Assembly (NCBI GenBank): GCA_036562265.1
Contig: DATCKS010000522.1
Coordinates: 1-35,673 of the forward strand
Length of the DNA stretch: 35,673 nt
Reading direction: 5' to 3'
From: Thermodesulfobacteriota bacterium
GTDB lineage: Bacteria; DASVDK01
Translations under genes and position numbers: made by a program
The notes under the pieces: generated by a model
What the model was told of the DNA's origin: nothing
Database searches by the model: none
The model's input: only the letters and a program-made list of their open reading frames with translations
Part shown: piece after piece, positions 15,919-26,846 of the stretch
Numbering within the stretch: position 1 is the first letter of the stretch
Layout of the letters: every line of letters starts with the position of its first letter

Positions 15919-17423
15919 GCACCGCGCGGACGCTCGGCCGCAACACCGCGGCGCGGTACGGCGCGCTGGCGGTCGACGCCCTCGTCGGCCTGGTGCTCCT
16001 CCCCTACAACCTGGGGCACCTCGGCGCGGAGGACTACGGCCTCTGGATCCTCTCGGCCACGGTCGCCCGGTACGTGTCGTTCCTCGATCTCGGCTTCGGC
16101 GGGGGGCTCGTGCGCTTCGTCGCCGAGTGCCGCGCGACGGGTGACAGCCGCCGGCTCTCGGAGATCGCGAGCACCGTCTTCGCCGCCTTCTCGGTCGCCG
16201 GCGTGGCCGCGCTCGCGATCATGGGGGGCGTCGCGCTCGCCTACGACCGGCTCTTCGCCGTCGAGGCGGCCCAGGCCGAGGTGGGGCGGACGGTGCTCCT
16301 CGTCGTCGCCGCACGGCTCGCGCTCGGCCTCCCGCTGTCGGTCTTCGGCGCGGTGATCAACGGCGCGCAGCGCTACGCGATGAACAACGCCGTGGCGATC
16401 GTGACGACGCTCGCCGCCGCGGCCGCCAACGTGATCGCCATCGAGCGAGGCGGCGGCGTCCTGGCGGTCGTCGTCGCCACGACGGCCGTCCACCTCCTGG
16501 CCTACGTCGCCTACGTGGTGAACGCCTACCGGGTGCAGCCCGACCTCACGGTCTCGCCGCGGCTCGCCAGCCTGGCGAGGCTGCGCGAGGTCGGCGCGTT
16601 CAGCGGCTACCTCTTGGTCCTCGACTGGTCGCACAAGGTGAACTACTCGCTCGACACCTTCGTCATCGGCTGGGCGCTCGGCCCCCGAGCGGTCTCGCTC
16701 TTCACGCCGTCGGTCCGCGTCGCGCAGACCATGCGCGACCTGACGGCGCAGTTCCACAGCGTCCTCTTCCCGGCGGTCGTCGACCTCGGTACCCGCGGCG
16801 ATCATCGGCGCCTCGTGACGCTGCTCATCGAGGGGACGAGGCTGTCGACGGCGCTCGCCCTGGCGGTCGGGCTCGGCGTGATCGTCCTGGCCGAGCCGCT
16901 CCTCGTCGCGTGGGTCGGCCCGAGCGTGGCGTCGAGCGCGGCGGTCCTCCAGGTCCTCGCCCTCTCGATGCTGATCCGCGTCGGCCAGGCGACCGGGGCG
17001 ACCATCCTCAAGGGGGCGGGCGGGCACCGGTACCTGGCGGCGAACAACGCCGCCGTTGCCGCCTGCAACCTGGCCCTGTCGGTCGCGCTCGTGGGGCGGC
17101 TCGGGATCCTCGGCGTCGCGCTCGGCACCGCGATCCCCGTGTCGGTCGGCTCCGTCTTCATCGTGCCGCGGGCCTGCCGCCGCCTCGGCGTGCCGGTCCG
17201 GCGGTTCTGGCGGGAGGCGATCTGGCCGGTGCTCTGGCCGGCCCTGCCGGCCGCGGTGGCGCTCTGGGTCGGCCGCGAGACGCTCGAGCCGAACCACGTC
17301 GTCACCGTGCTCGCCTGCGGCGGCGCGGCGGCGGCGCTCTACCTGGGCCTCGTGTACGGGTTCGGCCTCACGCCGGACGCCAGAGCCACGCTCCAGGCGC
17401 GGCTCAGGGCGGCGGTCGCATGA
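15915..17423 (+). CDS. Wzx-type oligosaccharide flippase (MOP/polysaccharide biosynthesis protein family)
   Basis: N-terminus RTLGRNTAARYGALAVDALVGLVLLPYNLGHLGAEDYGLWIL is typical of Wzx/RfbX. About 12-14 TM helices run throughout. GTGA overlap with the upstream gene. Confidence 0.88.
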   Translation: MSTARTLGRNTAARYGALAVDALVGLVLLPYNLGHLGAEDYGLWILSATVARYVSFLDLGFGGGLVRFVAECRATGDSRRLSEIASTVFAAFSVAGVAALAIMGGVALAYDRLFAVEAAQAEVGRTVLLVVAARLALGLPLSVFGAVINGAQRYAMNNAVAIVTTLAAAAANVIAIERGGGVLAVVVATTAVHLLAYVAYVVNAYRVQPDLTVSPRLASLARLREVGAFSGYLLVLDWSHKVNYSLDTFVIGWALGPRAVSLFTPSVRVAQTMRDLTAQFHSVLFPAVVDLGTRGDHRRLVTLLIEGTRLSTALALAVGLGVIVLAEPLLVAWVGPSVASSAAVLQVLALSMLIRVGQATGATILKGAGGHRYLAANNAAVAACNLALSVALVGRLGILGVALGTAIPVSVGSVFIVPRACRRLGVPVRRFWREAIWPVLWPALPAAVALWVGRETLEPNHVVTVLACGGAAAALYLGLVYGFGLTPDARATLQARLRAAVA

Positions 17424-18670
17424 TCGGCTGGCGCACGGTCCGGCGCCGCATCGTCGAGGCGCTGCGCGACCTCGACGACGCCTGGCACGCGCGCACGGCC
17501 AGGCGGCGCCGCGTCCTCTTCGAGGCGCGCACGCCGGTCAACTTCGCCTGCCTCGCGCCGATCCACGAGCGGCTCGCGGCCGATCCGCGCGTCGAGTGCT
17601 GGTACACGGCCACCGAGGGGGACGTGCCGGCCGACCGCCTCTACGCCGCCTTCGGCATCACCGAGCGGGTGGTGCCGCAGGCCAAGGCCGAATGGCTCAA
17701 GGTCGACCTCTACCTGAACAGCGACTTCGCCAGGATGGCGCGCCTTCGACGCCGGGCCGCGCACGTCCACTTCTTCCACGGGGTCGCCGGCAAGTACGAC
17801 CTCGACGGGACGACGACGCCGGTCAGGGACATGAGCCACTTCGACACGCTCGCGCGCTTCGACCGGATCGCCTTCGCCAACGAGGACCGGCTCCGCAAGT
17901 GGCGGGCCGTGGGGCTCCTCCGCCCTGACGACCCGAGGCCCGTTCTGATCGGCTACCCGAAGGTGGACGGCCTCGTGACCGGGCGCTGGCCGCGGGCGGC
18001 CACGCTCGCGCGCCTGGGGCTCGACCCGACCCGCCCGGTGCTCCTCTACGCGCCGACCTGGTCGGCCGCCGCGTCGCTCCACGTCTTCGGCGGCGAGGCG
18101 ATCGTGGCGGCGCTCCGGCGGACCGGCCACCAGGTGATCGTCAAGCTGCACGACCGGGCCTACGACCGGCGGGAGCGCTACTCCGCCGGCATCGACTGGG
18201 CCTCGCGCCTCAGGCCGCTCGAGGCCGACCCCGCGGTGAAGATCGTGACCTGGCCCGACGCGACGCCGCTGCTCGCCGCGGCCGACCTCTTGGTCTCGGA
18301 CCACTCGTCGGTCGCGTTCGAGTACCTGCTCGTCGACCGGCCGGTCATCGTCTTCGACCTGCCCGAGCTGATCGTCCGGGCGCGCATCAACGCCGATCAG
18401 GTGCGGTGGATACGCCAGGCGGCCGACGTGATCGCGACGCCGGACGAACTCCCCGATGCGGTCCGGCGTGGGCTCGACGCGCCGAAGGCGCGGTCGGCCG
18501 AGCGCCGGGTGGTCGCCGAGCGGCTCTTCTACCGTCCCGGGACCGCCACCGACCGCGCCGTGGCCCTCTGCTACGAGCTGATGGGCCTGCCGGTCCCGGA
18601 GACAACCGGCGCGCGGCTCCTGGCCGGCGACGACGAGCGGGACGCCGTGGCCCTGGGGAGCCGGCCGTGA
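17420..18670 (+). CDS. CDP-alcohol phosphotransferase, TagB/TagF family (copy 2)
   Basis: It has the same motif set as copy 1: VHFFHGVAGKY, VLLYAPTWS, IVKLHDRAYD, LVSDHSSVAFEYLLVDRPVIVFD, LFYRPGTATDRAV. ATGA overlap upstream and GTGA overlap downstream. Confidence 0.75.
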   Translation: MIGWRTVRRRIVEALRDLDDAWHARTARRRRVLFEARTPVNFACLAPIHERLAADPRVECWYTATEGDVPADRLYAAFGITERVVPQAKAEWLKVDLYLNSDFARMARLRRRAAHVHFFHGVAGKYDLDGTTTPVRDMSHFDTLARFDRIAFANEDRLRKWRAVGLLRPDDPRPVLIGYPKVDGLVTGRWPRAATLARLGLDPTRPVLLYAPTWSAAASLHVFGGEAIVAALRRTGHQVIVKLHDRAYDRRERYSAGIDWASRLRPLEADPAVKIVTWPDATPLLAAADLLVSDHSSVAFEYLLVDRPVIVFDLPELIVRARINADQVRWIRQAADVIATPDELPDAVRRGLDAPKARSAERRVVAERLFYRPGTATDRAVALCYELMGLPVPETTGARLLAGDDERDAVALGSRP

Positions 18671-19662
18671 CGGTCCCCCGCGCCTCCGTCGTCGTCTGCA
18701 CCTACAACCGCGCCGGCCGGCTCGCCGACGCGCTCGCCTCGATCGATCGGCTCGAGGACCCGGGGGTGCCGTACGAGGTGGTGGTGGTGGACAACGGCTC
18801 GACGGACGGCACCCCCGCGCTCCTGCGCGACTGGGTCGCGCGGGCGCATCCGGGCGGCCCGGTGCGCCGGACGCTCCACGAGCCGCGCCCCGGGAAGTCG
18901 TTCGCCCTGAACCTGGCCGTCACGTCCACGACGACCGACTGGGTGGCGCTCACCGACGACGACGTCCTCGTGGCGCCCGACTGGCTCGCCGTGGCGGCCA
19001 GGAGCCTCGCCGAGCGTCCCGACGTCGACTACCTCGGCGGCAAGGTCCTCCCGCTCTGGGAGACCGAGCCGCCGGCCTGGTTCTCCATGGCGGAGCGCGA
19101 CCTCTTCGGGACGATCGCCATCCTCGACTACGGCGACGAGGGCTTCGACTTCGACGGGAGGGTGCCGCTCGGCGCCAACATCGTCTACCGCCGCCGCGCC
19201 TTCGAGCGGGCCGGCCTCTTCCGGACCGACCTCGGTCGCGACCACTCGACGCTGCGCGGGCAGGAGTTCCCGGAGCACCTCCTGCGGCTCGAGGCGGCGG
19301 GGGGACGGGGGCGGTACGTGCCCGACCTCGTGGTGCACCACCACGTCCCGGCCCGGCGGCTCACGAAGCGCTACTACCGCGAGTGGTTCTACTGGAAGGG
19401 GATCTCGCGCGCGCTGGTGACCGAGACCGCGCCGATCGACGAGCTCGGCGTCGACTACCGCGCCGTCCCGCGCATCGCCGGCGTGCCGCGCTTCATGCTG
19501 CGCCAGGCGGTCGTGACCGCCGTCGACATGGCGGGGCGCAGGCTCCGGGGCGACCTCCCCGGCGCCTTCGTCCGCGAGGCGTGGCTCTGCTACCTCTACG
19601 GCTTCGCCCGGCAGTCGTGGCGCATCTGGCGCGAGAACGGGCACCGGAGGCGGAGCGGGTGA
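18667..19662 (+). CDS. Family 2 glycosyltransferase (paralog of 14893-15918)
   Basis: ASVVVCTYNRAGRL, YEVVVVDNGSTDGT, LTDDDVLV, LGANIVYRR, WFYWKGISRA. Confidence 0.88.
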   Translation: MTVPRASVVVCTYNRAGRLADALASIDRLEDPGVPYEVVVVDNGSTDGTPALLRDWVARAHPGGPVRRTLHEPRPGKSFALNLAVTSTTTDWVALTDDDVLVAPDWLAVAARSLAERPDVDYLGGKVLPLWETEPPAWFSMAERDLFGTIAILDYGDEGFDFDGRVPLGANIVYRRRAFERAGLFRTDLGRDHSTLRGQEFPEHLLRLEAAGGRGRYVPDLVVHHHVPARRLTKRYYREWFYWKGISRALVTETAPIDELGVDYRAVPRIAGVPRFMLRQAVVTAVDMAGRRLRGDLPGAFVREAWLCYLYGFARQSWRIWRENGHRRRSG

Positions 19663-21713
19663 GGCGGACCGCGCTCGTGGCGCTCGCCCTCCTCTGGGCC
19701 ACCCTGTCGTCATCCGGCCGGCCGGCCGGTTCGACCGGGCCGGTCGAGGCGACGCTCGTCCTCGGCACCGCGGCCGACTTCGAGGCGCCGTCGGCCGCCT
19801 CGCCGCTCGTCCTCGCCAACGACGGCGAGGGCCGGCACGGCTGGTCGCGGCTCACGACGGGGTACGAGTGCCCCGACCGCGAGGACGGCTGGTACCCCTA
19901 CGCCGTCGAGGCCGATCTCCCCGAGGGGGGCCGCGGCTGCCTGCGCTGGCGCGCCATCAAGCCGATCTACGTCGCCGAGGTGCGGCTCGCGCCGACGGCC
20001 CCCTGGCGCAGCCTCACGATCCGCTACAAGGACAACCTCTTCCCGCCCGGCATCGACCGCTACCGTCCCAAGCCGGCCGTCACGGCGGCGGTCTGGGACG
20101 GCACGGCGTTCAGGACGGTCGCCACGCTCGAGTCGCGCCGCGACCATGCCTGGAAGTCGGTCGTCGTGCCGCTCGACCGCGCCAGGCCGACCGAGAAGGG
20201 GTACCTCGCGGTGCGGCTCGGCGGCGGCCCCTGGGGACGCAACGAGTTCTACGGCTCCGCCCTGGTGCACCGCCTCGTCGCTTCCACCGCGCCGGCGTCC
20301 GCCGTGGAGCCGGAGGCGCCCCGCGCCGGCTTCTGGCCGGACGTGCCCGAGAGGCCGCAGCGCCGCTTCGGCGAGCGAGGGTTCCACCGGCCGGACGGTC
20401 GGCCGGCCTTCCCGATCGCCGCGACGATCCCGATGCTCGACTACCATCCCGAGCAGTTCGAGAACCTCGCGTGGGCCGGCTTCAACACCGCCTTCGCCGT
20501 GGTGAGCGGGGAGGGGGCCGGCTGGGCGGCCTGGACCAGCCGGCGGAGCGAGCCGACCCGGCGGGGGGACGTCTACCTGGGGCTCCCCGAGAAGCTCGAG
20601 GCGTACCGCCGCGCGGGGCTCGACGTGGTCGTCTGGAACCAGACCGACACGCGGCGGTGGTGGGTGCGCCACTGGGGTCGCAAGGGGAAGGGGGGCGTCG
20701 ACCCCTGGTTCCTCGCCAGACCCTACCGCCGCCTGTACGACGGCACGGCGCAGGGGGTGGTGCGCGTCTGGCGCCAGGCGCTCCGCGACTACGCGCGCCA
20801 TCCGTCGGTCGTCGGCTGGTACCTCAAGGACGAGTTCGACCACGACGACGACACCTGGGGCAGCCCCGAGGAGACCGTCCGCCAGCTCTACGCCCTCGTC
20901 GCGCGCGAGGCGCCGAACCTTTCGACCTTCGTCGGGGCGATGGCCTGGAAGCCGGGGATGCTCGAGGCGGCACGCGACCTCGGCGACATCGTGGCGTTCG
21001 ACCGCTACCCGTCGGGGGACGAGGGGTCGCCTCGCGGCGAGACCGCCCAGTGGGCCGAGGCGGCACGGCGGGCGGTCGACCCCGGGCAGATGTGGGTCTC
21101 CATCGCGGCGCTCTCGCGGGCCTACCGCGAGAAGGACTTCCGCGACCCGGCGAGGTGGGAGCCGATCGAGACCGGCGTGCGCTTCCAGTACTACCTCGCC
21201 CTGGTCCACGGCGCGCAGATGGTCTGGACCTTCGGCGACGTGGGGCCGCGAAGCCGCTACGGGGAGCGGGGGCTCGCGTGGTGGACGGCGCTGCGCGAGG
21301 CCAACCGCGAGGTGGCCGCGCTCGGCCTGCCGTTCTTGCACGCCGGCGCCGGCCGGACGCTCGGCCGCAGCGTGGCGGCGAGCGAGCCGTCGCGCAACGC
21401 GCCCTACCCGCTCGAGCCGTCGGTCGAGGGGGACGGCACGAGCGGCCACCCGCAGGTGTCGACCCTCTACCGGGAGGCGCGCGACGGCACGCGGGTGCTC
21501 CTCGCGCTCAACGAGTGGAGCCGGCCGGCGTCGCGGGTACCGCTCCGGATCGAGGGCCTTCGCGCCGGGCAGTGCGTGACGGTGCTCTTCGAGGGGCGGT
21601 CGGCCTGCGCGCCGCGGGAGGGGATCCTCGTCGACGACTTCGAGCCGTACGCCCGCCACGTCTACCTGGTTCGCCCCGCCCGGGCGTCCGGAAAAGGCGC
21701 CCCCGGGCGGTGA
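19659..21713 (+). CDS. Secreted two-domain protein: an N-terminal beta-sandwich-like module, then a putative (beta/alpha)8 glycoside-hydrolase-like domain and a C-terminal beta-sandwich. Family not recognised.
   Basis: Sec signal VRRTALVALALLWATLSSSG. It is a paralog of 24738-26846, sharing blocks RWRAI, YKDNLF.P..D.YRPK, RDH.WK.VV, NEFYGS.LVHR, GFWP, YLKDE[FW]DH, WKP, ALSRAY and EPYARHVY/APYERHVY. The alternating strand/helix pattern and a [ND]E after a hydrophobic strand suggest a clan-A-like barrel. Confidence 0.6.
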   Translation: MRRTALVALALLWATLSSSGRPAGSTGPVEATLVLGTAADFEAPSAASPLVLANDGEGRHGWSRLTTGYECPDREDGWYPYAVEADLPEGGRGCLRWRAIKPIYVAEVRLAPTAPWRSLTIRYKDNLFPPGIDRYRPKPAVTAAVWDGTAFRTVATLESRRDHAWKSVVVPLDRARPTEKGYLAVRLGGGPWGRNEFYGSALVHRLVASTAPASAVEPEAPRAGFWPDVPERPQRRFGERGFHRPDGRPAFPIAATIPMLDYHPEQFENLAWAGFNTAFAVVSGEGAGWAAWTSRRSEPTRRGDVYLGLPEKLEAYRRAGLDVVVWNQTDTRRWWVRHWGRKGKGGVDPWFLARPYRRLYDGTAQGVVRVWRQALRDYARHPSVVGWYLKDEFDHDDDTWGSPEETVRQLYALVAREAPNLSTFVGAMAWKPGMLEAARDLGDIVAFDRYPSGDEGSPRGETAQWAEAARRAVDPGQMWVSIAALSRAYREKDFRDPARWEPIETGVRFQYYLALVHGAQMVWTFGDVGPRSRYGERGLAWWTALREANREVAALGLPFLHAGAGRTLGRSVAASEPSRNAPYPLEPSVEGDGTSGHPQVSTLYREARDGTRVLLALNEWSRPASRVPLRIEGLRAGQCVTVLFEGRSACAPREGILVDDFEPYARHVYLVRPARASGKGAPGR

Positions 21714-21791
21714 GGCCGGCCGCCGAGGTCCCCTGGGCCGGCCCCGGCGCGTCGCCGCGAGGCCGCCAGGGTCGCGCGGAACCGCCGCGAT

Positions 21792-21818
21792 CCGCTTGCC
21801 CGTCTAGTAAGCAAGCGG
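21792..21818 (+). terminator. Stem-loop CCGCTTGC-(11 nt)-GCAAGCGG downstream of the long + strand operon. Possible terminator.
   Basis: A perfect 8-bp inverted repeat lies 79 nt after the stop at 21713, in a lower-GC spacer. No T-run follows it. Confidence 0.3.
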
Positions 21819-21962
21819 CTGCCAGGACACTAGGCATTTCGGGGAGTTAGGCGACCTCATGTCTTGACCCGTGATGAGCAGCGTGGTACGGTCGCCCGGC
21901 TTCCGGTAACCGGGACACACCGCGGTCGGTGTGGTCCGTCGGTTCCCTTCGAGATCCGCGTC

Positions 21963-23071
21963 ATGTCGTCCGCAGACCTGGTCGCCCGACTCCTCAGCGT
22001 GGCCCGCAGCGGGGCGATCGTCGTCGACGCTGCCGGGCACGTGACCCTGCTCAACGACGCCGCCCGGGAACTCCTCGGCCTCGCGCCCGGTGACCACACG
22101 GGCCGTCCCCTTGCGGCGGTCCTGGAACCGTGCCCCTCGCTCGCGCGGCTGCTCGACGAGGCGCTCGCGGCGGCGGCCGAGGGCGGGTCGACGGCCGACA
22201 AGGCCGAGGCGGCGGTGGTGGTGGGGGGACGGGAACGGGCGGTCGGGTTCACCGTCCACGCCGCGCGCGACGACCAGGGGCGCCTGCTCGGGGCGCTCGT
22301 CCTCCTCAGGGCGCTCTCGCAGATCGAGACGAGCATCGAGATGACGCTCGCTCGCGAGCGCCTGGCGGCCGTCGGCGCCATGGCGGCCACGATCGCCCAC
22401 GAGATGCGCAATCCGCTGGCCGGCATCCGGCTGTCGGCGACCATGCTCAGGCGGCGCATCGAGGCCTCGCCCCAGGAGGCGGACCTGATCGACGCCATCA
22501 TCGCCGAGGTGCGCAAGCTCGAGGAGACGGTCAACCGTTGCCTCACGTACCTGCGCCCCCTCGCCCTCGACCTCGGCGAGGTCTCGGTCAACGACACCGT
22601 GCGCGAGGCGCTGGCGCTCGCCGAGGCGGCGCTCGCCTCCGCCGCCGCGCCGATCGAGGTTCGGCTCGACCTGGCCGAGGGGCTCCCGCCGGTGACCGGC
22701 GACGCGAACCGGTTGCGCGAGGCGGTCTGCAACCTCGTGACGAACGCGATCGAGGCGATGCGCGACCGCGGCGGGACCCTGACGCTGGCGACCGGCTCCT
22801 CGCCGGGGCCGGGCGTGACGATCACCGTCGGCGACACCGGCCCCGGCATCGCTCCGGACATCATGGACTCCATCTTCTACCCGTTCTTCACGACGAAACC
22901 CGAAGGCTCCGGCGTCGGGCTCGCCACCGTGCAGAAGATCGTCACGGGCCACCGCGGCGGCATCGAGGTCTCGAGCGAGCCTGGCCGAGGCGCCACCTTC
23001 CGCATTCTCCTGCCGGCCGCGCGAGGCGCATCCGGCCACACCAACCCCGATCCGCGACGGAGGCTGGCGTC

Positions 23072-23075
<4 letters not shown>
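21963..23075 (+). CDS. Cytoplasmic PAS-domain sensor histidine kinase (NtrB/AtoS-like)
   Basis: PAS-like N-terminus (GAIVVDAAGHVTLLNDAARELLG). H-box AHEMRNPLAGI, N-box NLVTNAIEAM, G1 DTGPGI, G2 GSGVGLATV. No TM segments. ATG at 21963 is preferred over the TTG at 21864 used in the ORF track. Confidence 0.88.
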
Positions 23076-24526
<1,451 letters not shown>

Positions 24527-24700
24527 TTCGGTTCCGTTCACCCCGTCACGGTATTGTCACCGCGCCTTCCGCCATCGGGCCGTAACTCCTACGTTCCCAG
24601 CTCCCTGACCCCGCACCGTTAGCCCGGGCGCCCGTGCGTGCGCTCACGCGGCCTCCAAGGAGGCATAGCGCCTGCTTCGTATGCCGCTCGGTTGCCAACC

Positions 24701-24716
24701 TGGGCATAGCTTTGCC
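24701..24716 (+). promoter_or_regulatory. Weaker sigma-54-like promoter candidate TGGGCAT-AGCT-TTGCC
   Basis: TGG and TTGC are at canonical spacing (GG 24702-24703, GC 24714-24715). The -24 flank is degenerate: it looks like TGGCAT with one extra G. It lies 23 nt upstream of the ATG at 24738 and downstream of GGCATA half-site repeats. Confidence 0.3.
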
Positions 24717-24737
24717 GATCAGCGAGGGAGGGGTGGC

Positions 24738-26846
24738 ATGCAGAGACGACGACGGCTCGGAGCGACCGCGGTGGCGGCGTTGTGGCTCCTCGCGACGGCG
24801 TGCGGCGCCGCCGTCTCACCCGACCAGCTCTCCGGAGGAGCCGGGCCGGGTGCGGGCGCGGGCGACGGCACGACCCCGGGAGACCAGCCGGGCACCGGTG
24901 AGCCCGGAGGCGCGCCGGGGACCGGTGATCCGGGAGGCGAACCGGGCAGCGGCGGCCCCATCGGCGGGCCGCTCGGGTGGCCCGACGCCCCGCTCGGCGA
25001 CCGTGCCGTCTCGCGCACGCTCGGCGACGCGAACGACAAGGGGAGCGGGCCGATCCAGATCGTCTCCGGCGACCAGGACGGGGCGTACGCGTGGAACGGG
25101 CCGGCCGGCTACGAGCGGCCGGGTGATCCGGAGGGCTTCTGGCCGTACGCCTCGGCGGACGAACTGCCCGACGGCGGCAGCGGCTTCGTGCGCTGGCGCG
25201 CCATCGTGCCGACCTACCCGGCCGACATCTACGTCCCGGGCACCAGCACGCACGTCGCCTTCGAGTACAAGGACAACCTCTTCTCGCCGAAGCTCGATCC
25301 CTATCGGCCCAAGGGGAACGGGCCGAGCGTGAAGATCGGATCGGTCCTGCTCGGGGAGCTCGAGGCGAAGCGCGACCACCGCTGGAAGCGGGTCGTGCTG
25401 GCGATTCCGGCCAACGCCCCGCGCGAGGCGGACGGCCGCTACCGGATCCGCATCGGCGGCGGCACCTACGGGTGGAACGAGTTCTACGGGTCGATGCTCG
25501 TCCACCGCATCATCGCGGCCGAGGGGCCGATCCCGAGCCGCGCGCCGGTGGCCGGCTTCTGGCCGGCGACGACCCCCATCATGGCCGACGGCAAGCTCTA
25601 CGACCGGCAGGGCCGCCCGTACGTGCCGATCATCGTGAACATGCCCTCGGCCGTCAACGACGCGAACCAGTACAAGGCGGCCAACATGATGGGCGCCAAC
25701 ACGAACATCGCCGTCGGCTACGCCGAGGGCAACGGCCGCCGCTGGTGGGCGGAGGGGCACTGGACCTGGATCGACGGCGCCGGCCGGCCGCAGGAGCAGA
25801 TGGGCATCACGACGCTCATGGAGACCTCGGTGCGCGAGGGGCTCTTCACGTCGCCCATCGCGTTCCAGGACACGTGGCAGGCGTACATCAAGATGATGGG
25901 CAAGACGATGACCTACGGCGGTCCCGGCTACCAGGAGCTCTACGACGGGACCTGGCGAGGCGTGACGAAGGTCTTCGAGCGGGCCATGACGAACCTCGTC
26001 AAGTCGAACCCCCACGTGCCCTTCATCTACCTCAAGGACGAGTGGGACCACGAGGACCAGTACTGGGGGAGCCTCGAGGAGCAGGTCCTCGAGCTTCGCG
26101 CGATCGCCAACCGCGTGGCGCCCGGGGTGCCGACGACGGTGGCGACGATGGGCTGGAAGCCGCTCATGCACCGGGCCGGGTTCGAGCTGGCCGACTTCCA
26201 GATGAGCGACACCTACCCGACCTACGACAAGCTCCAGACCATCGCCCTCTTCGCCGAGTCGATGCGGCGGCAGGCCGGCAGCCGGGCCTTCTTCAACATC
26301 GTGGCGCTCAGCCGCGCCTACGAGGGACGCACGACACCGGACAAGTGGCTCGGCGTCAACTACCACCGCCCGGCGCTCTACATGAACCTGGTCCACGGCG
26401 GGCGGGGGATCTGGTTCTGGGGATCGCCGGCCGGGATGAACGACCCGCAGGCCGCCGACTACTACCGGTCGTTCAAGCCGCTCACCGACGAGATCCGGGC
26501 GCTGGCCGACGTGATCCACGGCTCGGCCAAGGAGCTCGGGCGGACCGTCGCCACCGCGAAGGTGGGCGACACGATGTACCCCGAGAAGTACCGGAAGGAG
26601 GGGGACGGCACGAGCGACACCGACGGCGTCGCGACCGCGTACCGGCAGTCGGCCTCCCGCAAGGTGCTCCTCACGGTCAACGAGTGGAACCAGCCGCTCA
26701 CGGCGCGGCTTCGCGTCTCGTCGATCCGCGCGGGCGACCGGATCCGCGTCCTCTTCGAGGACCGGGTGGTCATAGCCGACCAGGACGGGTCGTTCACCGA
26801 CTCGTACGCGCCCTACGAGCGGCACGTGTACGAGATCCCGCGGTGA
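24738..26846 (+). CDS. Lipoprotein paralog of 19659-21713 (beta-sandwich + putative glycoside-hydrolase-like barrel + C-terminal beta-sandwich)
   Basis: Signal with lipobox MQRRRRLGATAVAALWLLATACG, then a Gly/Pro-rich low-complexity tether (GAGPGAGAGDGTTPGDQPGTGEPGGAPGTGDPGGEPGSGGP). The remainder shares the conserved blocks listed for its paralog. SD GAGGGAGGGG lies upstream. Confidence 0.6.
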   Translation: MQRRRRLGATAVAALWLLATACGAAVSPDQLSGGAGPGAGAGDGTTPGDQPGTGEPGGAPGTGDPGGEPGSGGPIGGPLGWPDAPLGDRAVSRTLGDANDKGSGPIQIVSGDQDGAYAWNGPAGYERPGDPEGFWPYASADELPDGGSGFVRWRAIVPTYPADIYVPGTSTHVAFEYKDNLFSPKLDPYRPKGNGPSVKIGSVLLGELEAKRDHRWKRVVLAIPANAPREADGRYRIRIGGGTYGWNEFYGSMLVHRIIAAEGPIPSRAPVAGFWPATTPIMADGKLYDRQGRPYVPIIVNMPSAVNDANQYKAANMMGANTNIAVGYAEGNGRRWWAEGHWTWIDGAGRPQEQMGITTLMETSVREGLFTSPIAFQDTWQAYIKMMGKTMTYGGPGYQELYDGTWRGVTKVFERAMTNLVKSNPHVPFIYLKDEWDHEDQYWGSLEEQVLELRAIANRVAPGVPTTVATMGWKPLMHRAGFELADFQMSDTYPTYDKLQTIALFAESMRRQAGSRAFFNIVALSRAYEGRTTPDKWLGVNYHRPALYMNLVHGGRGIWFWGSPAGMNDPQAADYYRSFKPLTDEIRALADVIHGSAKELGRTVATAKVGDTMYPEKYRKEGDGTSDTDGVATAYRQSASRKVLLTVNEWNQPLTARLRVSSIRAGDRIRVLFEDRVVIADQDGSFTDSYAPYERHVYEIPR

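Noticed and set aside
21864-21962. TTG-initiated N-terminal extension of the histidine kinase, and a weak sigma-70-like TTGACC-N17-TACGGT at 21864-21892
   Set aside because: The extension has no PAS or kinase homology and uses a rare start. The -10 matches the consensus at only 3 of 6 positions, so I do not list it as a feature.
24527-24737. Possible riboswitch (for example c-di-GMP class) or small RNA in the 211-nt lower-GC spacer
   Set aside because: I could not recognise conserved GEMM-type or other riboswitch core sequences, or a convincing multi-stem fold, by eye. A covariance-model scan (Infernal/Rfam) would be needed to exclude this properly.
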